A stretch of 64,000 nt of DNA from a virus. A model generated the notes under the pieces. That model had not been told where the DNA came from. It worked only from the letters and a program-made list of their open reading frames with translations, and made no database searches. Shown here piece by piece: positions 41,966-52,144 of the stretch. The position numbers and the translations under genes are program-made. Location: UHGV virus genome UHGV-0147904. The stretch is one strand, 5' to 3'. Within the stretch, counting starts at the first letter, position 1, and every line of letters starts with the position of its first letter.

Positions 41966-42967
41966 ATGTCAAAGAAAAACAGACCAACAATTGGGCGAAC
42001 CCTTAATCCTTCAATATTAAGCGGATTTGATAGTTCTTCAGCCTCTGGCGATCGAGTCGAGCAGGTATTCAAGTTATCAACAGGTCGCCAGGCCACATTT
42101 ATTGAAGAGGTAATACCTCCGAATCAGGTAGAAAGCGATACCTTTGTTGATCAGCATAACAATGGTCGTGACCAGGCATCTCTTACGCCAAAATCATTAA
42201 AAAGTATCCGAAGCACTATTAAGCATCAGCAATTTTACCCTGCAATAGGTGTTAGACGGGCTACAGGGAAAATTGAAATTTTGGATGGTTCCCGGCGTCG
42301 AGCTTCTGCCATCTTAGAGAACGTAGGGTTGCGGGTTTTAGTCACGGACCAGGAGATCAGCGTTCAGGAAGCGCAAAATTTAGCGAAAGACGTTCAGACA
42401 GCATTGCAGCACAGCATTCGAGAAATAGGTCTGCGTTTGATGCGAATGAAAAATGATGGGATGAGTCAGAAGGATATTGCAGCCAAAGAAGGGCTATCTC
42501 AGGCGAAGGTCACGCGTGCTCTCCAGGCAGCGAGTGCTCCGGAAGAATTAGTCGCCCTTTTCCCTGTGCAGTCGGAATTGACCTTTTCGGACTACAAAAC
42601 GCTTTGTGCTGTTGGCGACGAAATGGGGAACAAGAATTTAGAGTTTGATCAGCTTATTCAAAACATATCCCCGGAAATAAACGACATCTTATCCATTGAA
42701 GAAATGGCCGAAGATGAAGTTAAAAATAAAATCCTGCGCTTGATAACAAAGGAAGCCTCACTACTCACGGATAAAGGTTCTAAAGATAAGTCCGTAGTTA
42801 CTGAATTATGGAAATTTGAGGACAAGGATCGCTTTGCAAGGAAGCGCGTGAAAGGCCGTGCATTTTCTTATGAGTTTAATCGACTTTCAAAAGAGTTACA
42901 GGAAGAACTCGACAGGATGATTGGGCATATCCTTAGAAAGAGCCTCGATAAAAAGCCGAAGCCTTAA
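41966..42967 (+). CDS. parB: ParB centromere-binding protein (333 aa)
   Basis: 333-aa ORF directly after parA and before parS. Confidence 0.9.
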   Translation: MSKKNRPTIGRTLNPSILSGFDSSSASGDRVEQVFKLSTGRQATFIEEVIPPNQVESDTFVDQHNNGRDQASLTPKSLKSIRSTIKHQQFYPAIGVRRATGKIEILDGSRRRASAILENVGLRVLVTDQEISVQEAQNLAKDVQTALQHSIREIGLRLMRMKNDGMSQKDIAAKEGLSQAKVTRALQAASAPEELVALFPVQSELTFSDYKTLCAVGDEMGNKNLEFDQLIQNISPEINDILSIEEMAEDEVKNKILRLITKEASLLTDKGSKDKSVVTELWKFEDKDRFARKRVKGRAFSYEFNRLSKELQEELDRMIGHILRKSLDKKPKP

Positions 42968-42969
42968 AC

Positions 42970-43060
42970 TTTCGCCATTCAAATTTCACTATTAACCTAC
43001 TGTTTTTAAAGTAAATCTCTCTAAAATTTCAAGGTGAAATCGCCACGATTTCACCTTGGA
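42970..43060. other. parS: parS partition site
   Basis: TCGCCA hexamer and ATTTCAC heptamer boxes flanking an AT-rich IHF-like core: tcgccattcaaatttcact...aaggtgaaatcgccacgatttcacc. Confidence 0.8.
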
Positions 43061-43121
43061 TTTTACCTTCCTCCCCTACTCCCGAAAAAAATAAAAAAAT
43101 TGCTTGTCACGAGAAAGTCAA

Positions 43122-43141
43122 CAAGTGACTTTCAATAAAAT
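43122..43141 (+). promoter_or_regulatory. late-promoter-like motif
   Basis: caagTGACTttcaaTAAAAT about 50 bp upstream of the structural gene. Confidence 0.45.
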
Positions 43142-43192
43142 CTCTTCCGAAAAGGGATTCACACAAGTGCCTTGTGTTTAAGGAAGAGTAAA

Positions 43193-44899
43193 TTGAGTAA
43201 CTTACGCGAATACCAGAATCGTATTGCAGATATCGCAAAACGCTCTAAAGCTGTGCTTGGCTGGGCAAGCACTGCGCAGTTCGGTACTGATAACCAATTC
43301 ATTAAAGATGATGCCGCGCGTGCCGCATCTATCCTTGAAGCTGCACGTAAAGACCCGGTTTTTGCGGGTATCTCTGATAATGCCACCGCTCAAATCGCTA
43401 CAGCGTGGGCAAGTGCACTGGCTGACTACGCCGCAGCACATAAATCTATGCCGCGTCCGGAAATTCTGGCCTCCTGCCACCAGACGCTGGAAAACTGCCT
43501 GATTGAGTCCACCCGCAATAGCATGGATGCCACTAATAAAGCGATGCTGGAATCCGTCGCAGCAGAGATGATGAGCGTTTCTGACGGTGTTATGCGTCTG
43601 CCTTTATTCCTCGCGATGATCCTGCCTGTTCAGTTGGGGGCAGCTACCGCTGATGCGTGTACCTTCATTCCGGTTACGCGTGACCAGTCCGACATCTATG
43701 AAGTCTTTAACGTGGCAGGTTCCTCTTTTGGTTCTTATGCTGCTGGTGATGTTCTGGACATGCAATCCGTCGGTGTGTACAGCCAGTTACGCCGCCGCTA
43801 TGTGCTGGTGGCAAGCTCCGATGGCACCAGCAAAACCGCAACCTTCAAGATGGAAGACTTCGAAGGCCAGAATGTACCAATCCGAAAATGTCGCACTAAT
43901 ATCTACGTTAACCGTATTAAGTCTGTTGTTGATAACGGTTCCGGCAGCCTACTTCACTCGTTTACTAATGCTGCTGGTGAGCAAATCACTGTTACCTGCT
44001 CTCTGAACTACAACATTGGTCAGATTGCCCTGTCGTTCTCCAAAGCGCCGGATAAAGGCACTGAGATCGCAATTGAGACGGAAATCAATATTGAAGCCGC
44101 TCCTGAGCTGATCCCGCTGATCAACCACGAAATGAAGAAATACACCCTGTTCCCAAGCCAGTTCGTTATCGCGGCTGAGCACACGGTACAGGCGGCGTAT
44201 GAAGCACAGCGTGAATTTGGTCTGGACCTGGGTTCCCTACAGTTCCGCACCCTGAAGGAATACCTGTCTCATGAACAGGATATGCTGCGTCTTCGCATCA
44301 TGATCTGGCGTACTCTTGCGACCGACACCTTTGACATCGCTCTGCCGGTTAACCAGTCCTTTGATGTATGGGCAACCATCATTCGTGGCAAATTCCAGAC
44401 TGTATATCGCGACATTATTGAGCGCGTTAAATCTTCTGGTGCGATGGGGATGTTTGCTGGTGCTGATGCAGCATCTTTCTTCAAACAGTTGCCGAAGGAT
44501 TTCTTCCAGCCAGCCGAAGACTATATCCAGACTCCGTATGTTCACTACATCGGTACCCTGTTCGGTAACGTGAAAGTGTACGAAGTACCTGCTGGTATTT
44601 GTAAGAACTTAACGACAGAGAACATTCAGTTCAGCTCGATGGATGTGCTGTGCTACGTCCGTGATGAAAATCCGGGTAAAGCAGGCTTCGTGACTGGTGA
44701 TGCTGTCCCGGCCATCCCGTTCCAGCATCCGACCACTCCGGCGCTGGTCAACCGTACCACGCTGTGGGGTTCGGCTATCAACGATATGCACCCACGCAAC
44801 GGCGCTGATTACTTCACTCGTGTAACGCTGACAATGGCCAAAAAAGGCGGGCTTAACTTCATTAGCGGCGACACGATTGATGCCGGTGACTCTGAGTAA
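43193..44899 (+). CDS. putative major virion structural protein (possibly major head protein; ~568 aa from TTG)
   Basis: Large ORF after the late-promoter motif with AAGGAAG RBS; assignment rests on size and position only. Confidence 0.5.
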   Translation: MSNLREYQNRIADIAKRSKAVLGWASTAQFGTDNQFIKDDAARAASILEAARKDPVFAGISDNATAQIATAWASALADYAAAHKSMPRPEILASCHQTLENCLIESTRNSMDATNKAMLESVAAEMMSVSDGVMRLPLFLAMILPVQLGAATADACTFIPVTRDQSDIYEVFNVAGSSFGSYAAGDVLDMQSVGVYSQLRRRYVLVASSDGTSKTATFKMEDFEGQNVPIRKCRTNIYVNRIKSVVDNGSGSLLHSFTNAAGEQITVTCSLNYNIGQIALSFSKAPDKGTEIAIETEINIEAAPELIPLINHEMKKYTLFPSQFVIAAEHTVQAAYEAQREFGLDLGSLQFRTLKEYLSHEQDMLRLRIMIWRTLATDTFDIALPVNQSFDVWATIIRGKFQTVYRDIIERVKSSGAMGMFAGADAASFFKQLPKDFFQPAEDYIQTPYVHYIGTLFGNVKVYEVPAGICKNLTTENIQFSSMDVLCYVRDENPGKAGFVTGDAVPAIPFQHPTTPALVNRTTLWGSAINDMHPRNGADYFTRVTLTMAKKGGLNFISGDTIDAGDSE

Positions 44900-44959
44900 T
44901 CAGGGGAAGTTCTCCGTTTAACATAGCGCCCCCGTGCGGGGCGCATAACAGGGAAAGTT

Positions 44960-46549
44960 ATGTCTCAATATTCAATTCAACAGTCATTAGGTAATGCATC
45001 CGGCGTCGCGGTTAGCCCGATCAATGCCGATGCGACGTTATCTACCGGTGTTGCATTAAATAGCAGCTTATGGGCTGGTATTGGCGTATTTGCGCGTGGC
45101 AAGCCGTTTACTGTTCTTGCGGTTACTGAGTCCAATTACGAAGATGTTCTCGGCGAACCGCTGAAGCCGTCTTCCGGCTCACAGTTCGAACCAATTCGCC
45201 ATGTATACGAAGCTATTCAGCAAACGTCTGGTTATGTTGTTCGCGCTGTTCCGGATGATGCGAAGTTCCCGATTATTATGTTCGATGAATCAGGCGAACC
45301 GGCTTACAGTGCGTTGCCATACGGTTCTGAAATTGAACTTGATAGTGGCGAAGCCTTTGCTATCTACGTTGATGATGGTGATCCGTGTATTTCACCTACC
45401 CGTGAGTTAACCATCGAAACGGCAACAGCGGACAGCGCGGGTAATGAACGCTTCCTCTTAAAACTGACCCAGACGACTTCGCTCGGCGTGGTAACGACCC
45501 TGGAGACACACACTGTGTCTTTGGCGGAAGAAGCGAAAGATGACATGGGCCGCTTGTGTTATCTGCCTACGGCTCTGGAAGCCCGTTCTAAATATCTGCG
45601 CGCGGTTGTTAATGAAGAGCTGATTTCGACAGCGAAAGTAACAAACAAAAAATCGTTGGCGTTCACTGGCGGTACCAACGGCGATCAGTCGAAAATCTCA
45701 ACCGCTGCGTACCTGCGTGCGGTTAAAGTGCTGAATAATGCGCCGTACATGTACACCGCTGTTCTTGGCTTGGGCTGCTATGACAATGCGGCTATCACCG
45801 CATTAGGTAAAATCTGTGCAGATCGCCTGATTGATGGCTTCTTTGATGTCAAACCGACATTGACGTACACGGAAGCGATCTCTGCTGTTGAAGATACCGG
45901 TTTACTTGGTACCGATTATGTAAGCTGTGCTGTCTATCACTACCCGTTCTCCTGCAAAGACAAATGGACCCAATCCCGTGTGGTCTTTGGTCTGTCTGGC
46001 GTGGCGTATGCGGCGAAAGCTCGTGGCGTCAAGAAAAACTCTGATGTCGGCGGTTGGCATTACTCACCGGCTGGTGAAGAACGTGCCGTCATTGCTCGTG
46101 CGTCAATTCAACCGCTGTATCCGGAAGATACCCCGGACGAAGAAGCAATGGTCAAGGGCCGTCTCAATAAAGTATCTGTTGGCACCTCTGGCCAGATGAT
46201 CATCGACGATGCTTTAACTTGCTGCACGCAGGATAACTATCTGCACTTCCAGCACGTCCCATCCCTGATGAATGCAATCAGCCGTTTCTTTGTCCAGTTA
46301 GCCCGACAGATGAAGCATAGCCCGGACGGTATTACTGCGGCTGGCCTGACTAAAGGGATGACCAAACTTTTAGATCGCTTTGTCGCCTCCGGCGCTCTGG
46401 TGGCTCCTCGTGATCCTGATGCTGACGGTACAGAACCGTATGTGCTGAAAGTTACGCAGGCGGAATTCGATAAATGGGAAGTAGTCTGGGCCTGCTGCCC
46501 GACTGGCGTAGCCCGTCGTATCCAGGGCGTACCGCTGCTTATTAAGTAA
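44960..46549 (+). CDS. putative tail sheath-like structural protein (529 aa)
   Basis: Size and position before tube-like genes; no motif-level confirmation. Confidence 0.45.
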   Translation: MSQYSIQQSLGNASGVAVSPINADATLSTGVALNSSLWAGIGVFARGKPFTVLAVTESNYEDVLGEPLKPSSGSQFEPIRHVYEAIQQTSGYVVRAVPDDAKFPIIMFDESGEPAYSALPYGSEIELDSGEAFAIYVDDGDPCISPTRELTIETATADSAGNERFLLKLTQTTSLGVVTTLETHTVSLAEEAKDDMGRLCYLPTALEARSKYLRAVVNEELISTAKVTNKKSLAFTGGTNGDQSKISTAAYLRAVKVLNNAPYMYTAVLGLGCYDNAAITALGKICADRLIDGFFDVKPTLTYTEAISAVEDTGLLGTDYVSCAVYHYPFSCKDKWTQSRVVFGLSGVAYAAKARGVKKNSDVGGWHYSPAGEERAVIARASIQPLYPEDTPDEEAMVKGRLNKVSVGTSGQMIIDDALTCCTQDNYLHFQHVPSLMNAISRFFVQLARQMKHSPDGITAAGLTKGMTKLLDRFVASGALVAPRDPDADGTEPYVLKVTQAEFDKWEVVWACCPTGVARRIQGVPLLIK

Positions 46550-46558
46550 GGGAATACA

Positions 46559-47374
46559 ATGAGCAAAAACTTTTTTCAATCCGGGGCATTTTTGGGGAAT
46601 GGACTGTCTCGTTTCGCTTTGAACTCTGATCCTGTGCAGCTGATGGAGTCTGCCCGAGCAAGCGCTGAACCGCCAACAGATCCGGTTATTAATAATAATC
46701 CGGAACCGGCGGCACAGACTAACGATAACGTTCCATCTGCCCAGGCTCCTGAGCAAATCCTGGAAGGGAAAGACGGTAAAGAATGGACCGTCGAACAGGC
46801 GCACCAGATGATTCTGGAAGCTGCAAATCGAAGTGCTATGCAAAATGCGTTGAGTGATGCGGCCGACGCCGTTTTCGCCTGGGCTGATAGCGGTGATCTG
46901 ACTTTCGACTCCCTTGATGGTTTCGTTCAGGCTATCGCTGGTATCTCTGATGACGACGACTCCGAAGTTACAGAAGAACAGGACGATGCCTATAACGAAG
47001 CATGGGCAAATGTTGCTGACTTCCTCGCAGCATGCGGTGTAGATGATGACCTGATCGAAGCACTGGCTGACGATGAAGACGACGACGCAGCTGCTGATGT
47101 TGGTGCCTCTATCGCTGGTTTAGATAGCGACGACCGCGACGAACTAGAAGCGGCGTTTGTTGTTGCTGGCACTTCTGATGAAATGCTGACTGAAGCATTT
47201 AAGAAGGTTGTTCGTAACGGTGAGATCAAACTCATCCGTAAACGCCTGCGTAAAAAACGTCTGACTGCGGCTCAAAAATCGGCGCTGAAAAAAGCGCGTC
47301 GAAAAGCCCAGACCGGCGCGGCAAAACTTGCCCGCAAAAAGTCAATGAAACTGCGCCGTAAGCGCCTTGGCTAA
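46559..47374 (+). CDS. acidic protein with strongly basic C-terminal tail (271 aa)
   Basis: Asp/Glu-rich centre, C-terminal KKRLTAAQKSALKKARRKAQTGAAKLARKKSMKLRRKRLG. Confidence 0.5.
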   Translation: MSKNFFQSGAFLGNGLSRFALNSDPVQLMESARASAEPPTDPVINNNPEPAAQTNDNVPSAQAPEQILEGKDGKEWTVEQAHQMILEAANRSAMQNALSDAADAVFAWADSGDLTFDSLDGFVQAIAGISDDDDSEVTEEQDDAYNEAWANVADFLAACGVDDDLIEALADDEDDDAAADVGASIAGLDSDDRDELEAAFVVAGTSDEMLTEAFKKVVRNGEIKLIRKRLRKKRLTAAQKSALKKARRKAQTGAAKLARKKSMKLRRKRLG

Positions 47375-47409
47375 AGGAGGAGGCCGGAGAACTCCGGCCT
47401 TTAACTTGA

Positions 47410-47991
47410 ATGGCACCTATTCCTTATGGGGTTTACAGCCAGGCTGACGGTGTATCGCCATTTCTGAAAGTTACTTTAACGAACTCTCAGTACCAGGTTA
47501 CCGGATATATCAGCCAGGGGGCGGCAATGAACATGGCCCAGAATTGGGAAGCGCCGTTTACCGGTATGTCCATGGGATCTGTTGCTGGTGCCTTCAGTGG
47601 TTTTGCGCAGGTTGGTACTGAAACAACGTCGGTTGCCCGTTGGAACAGCTTAATGGTTTGGGAAGGGGGAACACCGCCGACTTTCACGCTGCCAGTAACT
47701 TTCATCGCTTTGTTTGACCCATTCACGGAGGTTTCAGGAGCTATCGCCGCATTGTCAGCGATGATTAGCCCGGAACTTAAAGATGCCAGTATTGGTGGTC
47801 GAATCCCGGAGCGCGTGACGCTAAACATTGGTCGCCGGATCAACATCATTGATGTCGCTATCCAGGACATAAGTTTCGATCTCGATGCGCCCAGGGACAG
47901 CAATGGGCATTTCCTGAAAAACACCGTCAACCTCCAGTTGACCGGTTCTTCGATATATAACAGCTCCGATATTGTTCGGGCGTTCCAGTAA
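47410..47991 (+). CDS. putative tail structural protein (193 aa)
   Basis: ORF in late structural operon. Confidence 0.5.
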   Translation: MAPIPYGVYSQADGVSPFLKVTLTNSQYQVTGYISQGAAMNMAQNWEAPFTGMSMGSVAGAFSGFAQVGTETTSVARWNSLMVWEGGTPPTFTLPVTFIALFDPFTEVSGAIAALSAMISPELKDASIGGRIPERVTLNIGRRINIIDVAIQDISFDLDAPRDSNGHFLKNTVNLQLTGSSIYNSSDIVRAFQ

Positions 47992-48002
47992 AAGGATTTT
48001 AT

Positions 48003-48512
48003 ATGGGGCACAATAACACTAAGGGAAACCGTAAATTTATTAAGGGCCGCTATACTGCCAACGCGGCCAAAGGCGAACGACTGGTATCTTCTGAATTCCA
48101 GCTCACTTTTGCAGGCCATGAAGATATCAGCGTACTGGTTCGCACGTCGCAAATTCCTGAAATGACCCGCGAGGATGTGGAGGACTATGGTCCGAATGGT
48201 GTGAAGTTCAACCAGCACGGACCAATTCGAAACTCTGGGGAAATCCAGGTCCAGTGCGTGGAGACTATCGAAGGCGATATTCTTCAGTTCATCAAGGATC
48301 GCATTGCGGCGAAGGACTATGTTGATATCACGATGGCTGCTACCCCTGAATCCAAATCTTCCGGGGTTAACGCTGTGACAAAAGCTGCTACAACAATTGA
48401 AATGTTGGACTGCAAAATCTACAGTGATGCAATCGACTTTAGTACCGAAGATGTGACTGCCGCTGTGCGCCCGTCACTTCGTATCGTCTACAACTGGATT
48501 GAGTGGGATTAA
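48003..48512 (+). CDS. putative tail tube-like protein (169 aa)
   Basis: Loose resemblance to gp19-type tube proteins; followed by a strong terminator. Confidence 0.45.
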   Translation: MGHNNTKGNRKFIKGRYTANAAKGERLVSSEFQLTFAGHEDISVLVRTSQIPEMTREDVEDYGPNGVKFNQHGPIRNSGEIQVQCVETIEGDILQFIKDRIAAKDYVDITMAATPESKSSGVNAVTKAATTIEMLDCKIYSDAIDFSTEDVTAAVRPSLRIVYNWIEWD

Positions 48513-48532
48513 GAGTCATCCCTTGTATTTTA

Positions 48533-48558
48533 AAGCTCCTTCGGGAGCTTTTTTATTT
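48533..48558 (+). terminator. intrinsic terminator
   Basis: aaagctccttcgggagc followed by ttttttatt. Confidence 0.65.
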
Positions 48559-48628
48559 GGAGAGGAAAGGGTGCATTGAGGATACCTGACACACGAAGAG
48601 TGGCGAGGATCTCTCCCCGCCAGGTCTC

Positions 48629-48784
48629 TTACCTTTCAGATTCGTAGGCTGTGAAGACAGTGACCTCCGTCTGGCCGGTTCGGATTCGTACCTCGCAGAG
48701 GTCTTTCCTCGTTACCAGTGCCGTCACAATGACGGTTAAACAGATGACGATCAGAGCGATTAACATCGCTTTTTGCTGCTTCAT
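48629..48784 (-). CDS. hok: Hok/Gef-family type I toxin (51 aa)
   Basis: MKQQKAMLIALIVICLTVIVTALVTRKDLCEVRIRTGQTEVTVFTAYESER, near-identical in pattern to chromosomal Gef/HokC; below track cutoff. Confidence 0.75.
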   Translation of the reverse strand: MKQQKAMLIALIVICLTVIVTALVTRKDLCEVRIRTGQTEVTVFTAYESER

Positions 48785-48842
48785 AGCCTGCTTCTCCTTG
48801 ACCTTTTGGTCGGTAAGAGGCTAATCTACGTATGCTAAGCAT
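48636..48842 (-). CDS. mok-like overlapping reading frame (68 aa)
   Basis: Track ORF covering hok in another frame, as mok does in hok/sok loci. Confidence 0.35.
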   Translation of the reverse strand: MLSIRRLASYRPKGQGEAGYEAAKSDVNRSDRHLFNRHCDGTGNEERPLRGTNPNRPDGGHCLHSLRI

Positions 48843-48965
48843 AGATATGGCCTCAGATTAATGTTAAGCGTCTTGCAGGACGCGTAATGTTATCTGGGGC
48901 TTTCTTCTATCTGCTTTTCGGGTAATGCCTGAAGCAGATAGCCTCAAGCACCCGCAACGATTGTA

Positions 48966-49292
48966 TCAATGTCTGGCTTTTTTTCTATAGAAATCACCTG
49001 GAAGGGTGAATATCCACATCAGAAGAAATGTTGCAGCAAACATGATCCCTAATGGCCAGACCGCGCCAAAGAAAATCCATACTAAGATCTCCTCTGCTCG
49101 TTCTTTGCGGTCGATATCGACAAGCATTTTTCGGCTGATCATGTATACACAGAAGCCAATACAAACATATCCTGCAAAAGCGATCGCTAACTGTAAAAAA
49201 TCAGATTGCATCTCCGACCTCAAACTGAAAACGCCAGGTGACTCCAGATTAGAGCAATCTATCACCCCCTGAATCCTGCCGGTATACCCCAT
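48966..49292 (-). CDS. small membrane protein (108 aa; start may be internal)
   Basis: Two or three TM helices; downstream of repL. Confidence 0.4.
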   Translation of the reverse strand: MGYTGRIQGVIDCSNLESPGVFSLRSEMQSDFLQLAIAFAGYVCIGFCVYMISRKMLVDIDRKERAEEILVWIFFGAVWPLGIMFAATFLLMWIFTLPGDFYRKKARH

Positions 49293-50107
49293 TTTTCGTT
49301 ATCTTTATTTTTGGCTAAAATCGCATTAAGAGCTTCGTTTACCGTCATGCAATGCGGCAAATTATCGAAGTTTGATACCCCGCCAATATCAGGAGAACGC
49401 TTGTTCTTCAGGTAAGCATATTTCCGCGCTGCCGCCTCTACTTTCTGCTTGAACTCATGTTTTTGAGCGCGTTTTTTGGATAACCGCAGATTGTCAGCCT
49501 TTGCTTTTGCCTCAGCGATCCATGAAGTCAATTTTTTGAGTCTGCTCGTTCCGGCACCGCCGGAAACTGATCTTTTTGTTTTTTTAACTTGTGACTTCTT
49601 ATTCTTTATTGCCACGTCATCCTGACAGGGGGAGGGGGTATCATTTTGACATGGGGGTGTGGATAAAAAATTAAATAAAGCCAATGTCTTAGCGAGAACA
49701 GCTTTAACCTTGGTTGCCGCTGAAGAGATCTTTAATTTGCTTTCAATCAGCGCATTTTTGGCTTGTTGTGCGAAGGCCAAAAAGGATGGTGTAAACCGGT
49801 ACAGGTTAGCGCGACGTTCATGGTGATCGCCGATAACAATCTCTACAGACAGAATTCCTTTGTTTACAGCTTCACGGAATGCACGAACGACGGTTGATTG
49901 GCTATAACCAGTTTCTGCCGCGATCAGGCGGTGAGGCTTGTGAATGAAGTATTCACTGGTTGTTGCCGCTAGATTTGCACATTGCGACAGGATATGCCCG
50001 GCGCTACGGGATAGACCGGAGTGTGTTACAAAGCAGGCCAATTCATAGCCAGAAAAAGTAAAATCGCTCATCGTTATACAGCTCAGGAAAGTGACTTTAG
50101 CCAGCAT
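49262..50107 (-). CDS. repL: RepL lytic replication initiator (281 aa)
   Basis: 281-aa ORF downstream of kilA in the C1-controlled operon. Confidence 0.85.
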   Translation of the reverse strand: MLAKVTFLSCITMSDFTFSGYELACFVTHSGLSRSAGHILSQCANLAATTSEYFIHKPHRLIAAETGYSQSTVVRAFREAVNKGILSVEIVIGDHHERRANLYRFTPSFLAFAQQAKNALIESKLKISSAATKVKAVLAKTLALFNFLSTPPCQNDTPSPCQDDVAIKNKKSQVKKTKRSVSGGAGTSRLKKLTSWIAEAKAKADNLRLSKKRAQKHEFKQKVEAAARKYAYLKNKRSPDIGGVSNFDNLPHCMTVNEALNAILAKNKDNEKWGIPAGFRG

Positions 50108-50136
50108 TACAATGCTGGTGGTTCTTACTACGTCTG

Positions 50137-50937
50137 TTAGCGCGTTGCCGCGACAGGTACCAGCACACCAGCATCAAGCAATCGCTTCATCAGCCACTGC
50201 TGACCTTTGCCGGTTATACGAGTCGTGAAAGAAATCCTGCTTCCATTGCTTGTATCGATCACGGTTTCTTTAAGGGTGAAATACCCACGGGATATGTATT
50301 CTTGTTTGGGGACGTTCCTGCGTTCACCGGTTGCGATCAGAATTCCGTTATCACGCAACCAGGTGAAGAGATAGTTTTGGCCCAGACCGAGCACTTTGGC
50401 ATAGTTGCCGATTAGAACCCCGCTGGCGGTAGCAACGCGTTCGGCGAATTCGACTTTAGGTGCATCCATAAGCATTTTTTGCTCCAGCCGTTGCTTTTGC
50501 TCTGCCAGGTCGGCAGCCAAACGGAGAGCTTCAGGGAGACTCTGCGGAATAGCAGGTTGTAATCTTCCGGCTCGATAGTCGATAAATGTCTGGTTTACCT
50601 TCAGCCGAAACGCGGGAGAAATCCAGCCTGCGTACTCCACAGCGAGCAATTCATGGGCAAAAGTGCCGCCGCCACGGCCTTCGAACGAAACTATGCAATT
50701 CTGCATAGTTTCTTTTTCAAGCTCTTCGATGAGCTGTTTGGCTGACAGCGTTCTTAGCCATTGAGCTGGCGCTTTATGGGCACCGAGTCCGCTCGCTCTG
50801 TGTAGAGCATTAAGGTTGTAACGGCCAGCGCGGTCGGTCGTAATTTCAACACCACAAATAACAGGCAGAGTGGTTGAAGGATCGACATTTTGATGAAGGT
50901 TTGATATATTCATATCCGCATTGAATGTTTGTTGCAT
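50137..50937 (-). CDS. kilA: KilA (KilA-N domain protein, 266 aa)
   Basis: 266-aa ORF; C-terminal half paralogous to the Ant C-terminus. Confidence 0.85.
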   Translation of the reverse strand: MQQTFNADMNISNLHQNVDPSTTLPVICGVEITTDRAGRYNLNALHRASGLGAHKAPAQWLRTLSAKQLIEELEKETMQNCIVSFEGRGGGTFAHELLAVEYAGWISPAFRLKVNQTFIDYRAGRLQPAIPQSLPEALRLAADLAEQKQRLEQKMLMDAPKVEFAERVATASGVLIGNYAKVLGLGQNYLFTWLRDNGILIATGERRNVPKQEYISRGYFTLKETVIDTSNGSRISFTTRITGKGQQWLMKRLLDAGVLVPVAATR

Positions 50938-51005
50938 TTTTTCTCCAAATTTGCATCAACCTTCAATCACCAGCTCGAAATGGTGATTCTTTGCACTTAG
51001 AAAAC

Positions 51006-51022
51006 GAAATTTATTAGAGCAA
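51006..51022. promoter_or_regulatory. C1 operator (Op53-type) upstream of kilA-repL
   Basis: AAATTTATTAGAGCAAA, 16/17. Confidence 0.7.
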
Positions 51023-51065
51023 ATTTTTCTGACTCGATCCAGATCGGGTTGGTCGATCTGCTCAG

Positions 51066-51096
51066 AAACCTGCCAGTTTGCTGGCAGGTTTTTTCT
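51066..51096. terminator. hairpin terminator between immI and kilA operons
   Basis: aacctgccagtttgctggcaggtttttt. Confidence 0.5.
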
Positions 51097-51100
51097 TTTG

Positions 51101-52144
51101 TTAACCTATTGCTACTGGTTTTAACAAACCAGCATCAAGTAGCTTGCGAGTTAACCACTGCTGGCCTTTACCCGTTAATTGGGGCGTCAGCCGTATCTGG
51201 TAGCCATTTTCATCATCCAGCACCACTTCTTTCACCGTGAAATACCCGGCGTTAATGTACTGCTGGCGCGGTACGTTTTTGCGCGCACCAAAAGCCATGA
51301 GAATGCCGTTCTGGCGCAACCATGAGAAAAGGGCGTTTTGCTTAAGTCCAACGACCTTTGCAAAGTTCCCGATCAGGATTCCATTAGCCACTGATACCCG
51401 GTCGGCAAAATCGACTTTAGGGGCTGCGGCCACCAGCTGTTGTTCCAGCTGCAATTTCTGTTCTGCCAACTCGGCAGCCAGGCGTAGGGCTTCTGGTAAT
51501 GTTTGGGGGATCGATGGGGTAGGGGAGTTTGCCTGCTGCAATTCTTCCAGTTTGTCGATCAGCGAACGGCGGACCGCTTTCGATTCGCGCGCGGCGACTC
51601 GCAGGGCTTGTTTGTAGGTCATGGTTATGACAACCATAGGCGTACCGCCACCTGGCGGCACGGTTGCACTTTTTGTGTAACCGTCCTCACCTTCTAATTC
51701 GTCGAGTATTTTTTCGATGAATTTGTTGTTCCGAACCTCTGGTTCCCCACATAACTTACGCGCTTCATTGACCATCTTTAACAGTGTCAGGCTGTCGATT
51801 GTGTCTCCGGTGGTGGGGATGACATTCACGGCTGGTGCTGGCGTTGCTGAAGCAACAGGTGCTGGTTTTTTAACATTCAAATTATTACTGGTCATTCTAT
51901 GTGCCTCCTTTCTCATTTCTGCTGCCACCGTTGCGTAACGTAGACGTCCTTGTTCAATCAAATAATCCCTGATCTCGGCTATCAGTAGCCTGTTGATCAC
52001 AGCCTTATCTGTTCGGGTATAAAAACGCCTGGTTATCATGAAATAGTTGGCAATTGCGCCGGGGATCTCCCGTGTCGGTATACAGGCAGTATGCAGGGCG
52101 ATCGCTTCGGCTATGTCATTACGGGTGACGAGAGGTTTTTTCAT
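51101..52144 (-). CDS. ant1: Ant1 antirepressor (347 aa)
   Basis: Start overlaps icd stop (ATGA); C-terminal KilAC-like domain. Confidence 0.8.
   Translation of the reverse strand: MKKPLVTRNDIAEAIALHTACIPTREIPGAIANYFMITRRFYTRTDKAVINRLLIAEIRDYLIEQGRLRYATVAAEMRKEAHRMTSNNLNVKKPAPVASATPAPAVNVIPTTGDTIDSLTLLKMVNEARKLCGEPEVRNNKFIEKILDELEGEDGYTKSATVPPGGGTPMVVITMTYKQALRVAARESKAVRRSLIDKLEELQQANSPTPSIPQTLPEALRLAAELAEQKLQLEQQLVAAAPKVDFADRVSVANGILIGNFAKVVGLKQNALFSWLRQNGILMAFGARKNVPRQQYINAGYFTVKEVVLDDENGYQIRLTPQLTGKGQQWLTRKLLDAGLLKPVAIG

Noticed and set aside
44926-44946. GC-rich hairpin agcgcccccgtgcggggcgc between the putative head and sheath genes considered as a terminator
   Set aside because: No U-run follows and the downstream gene lacks its own promoter motif; more likely an RNA processing or stability element
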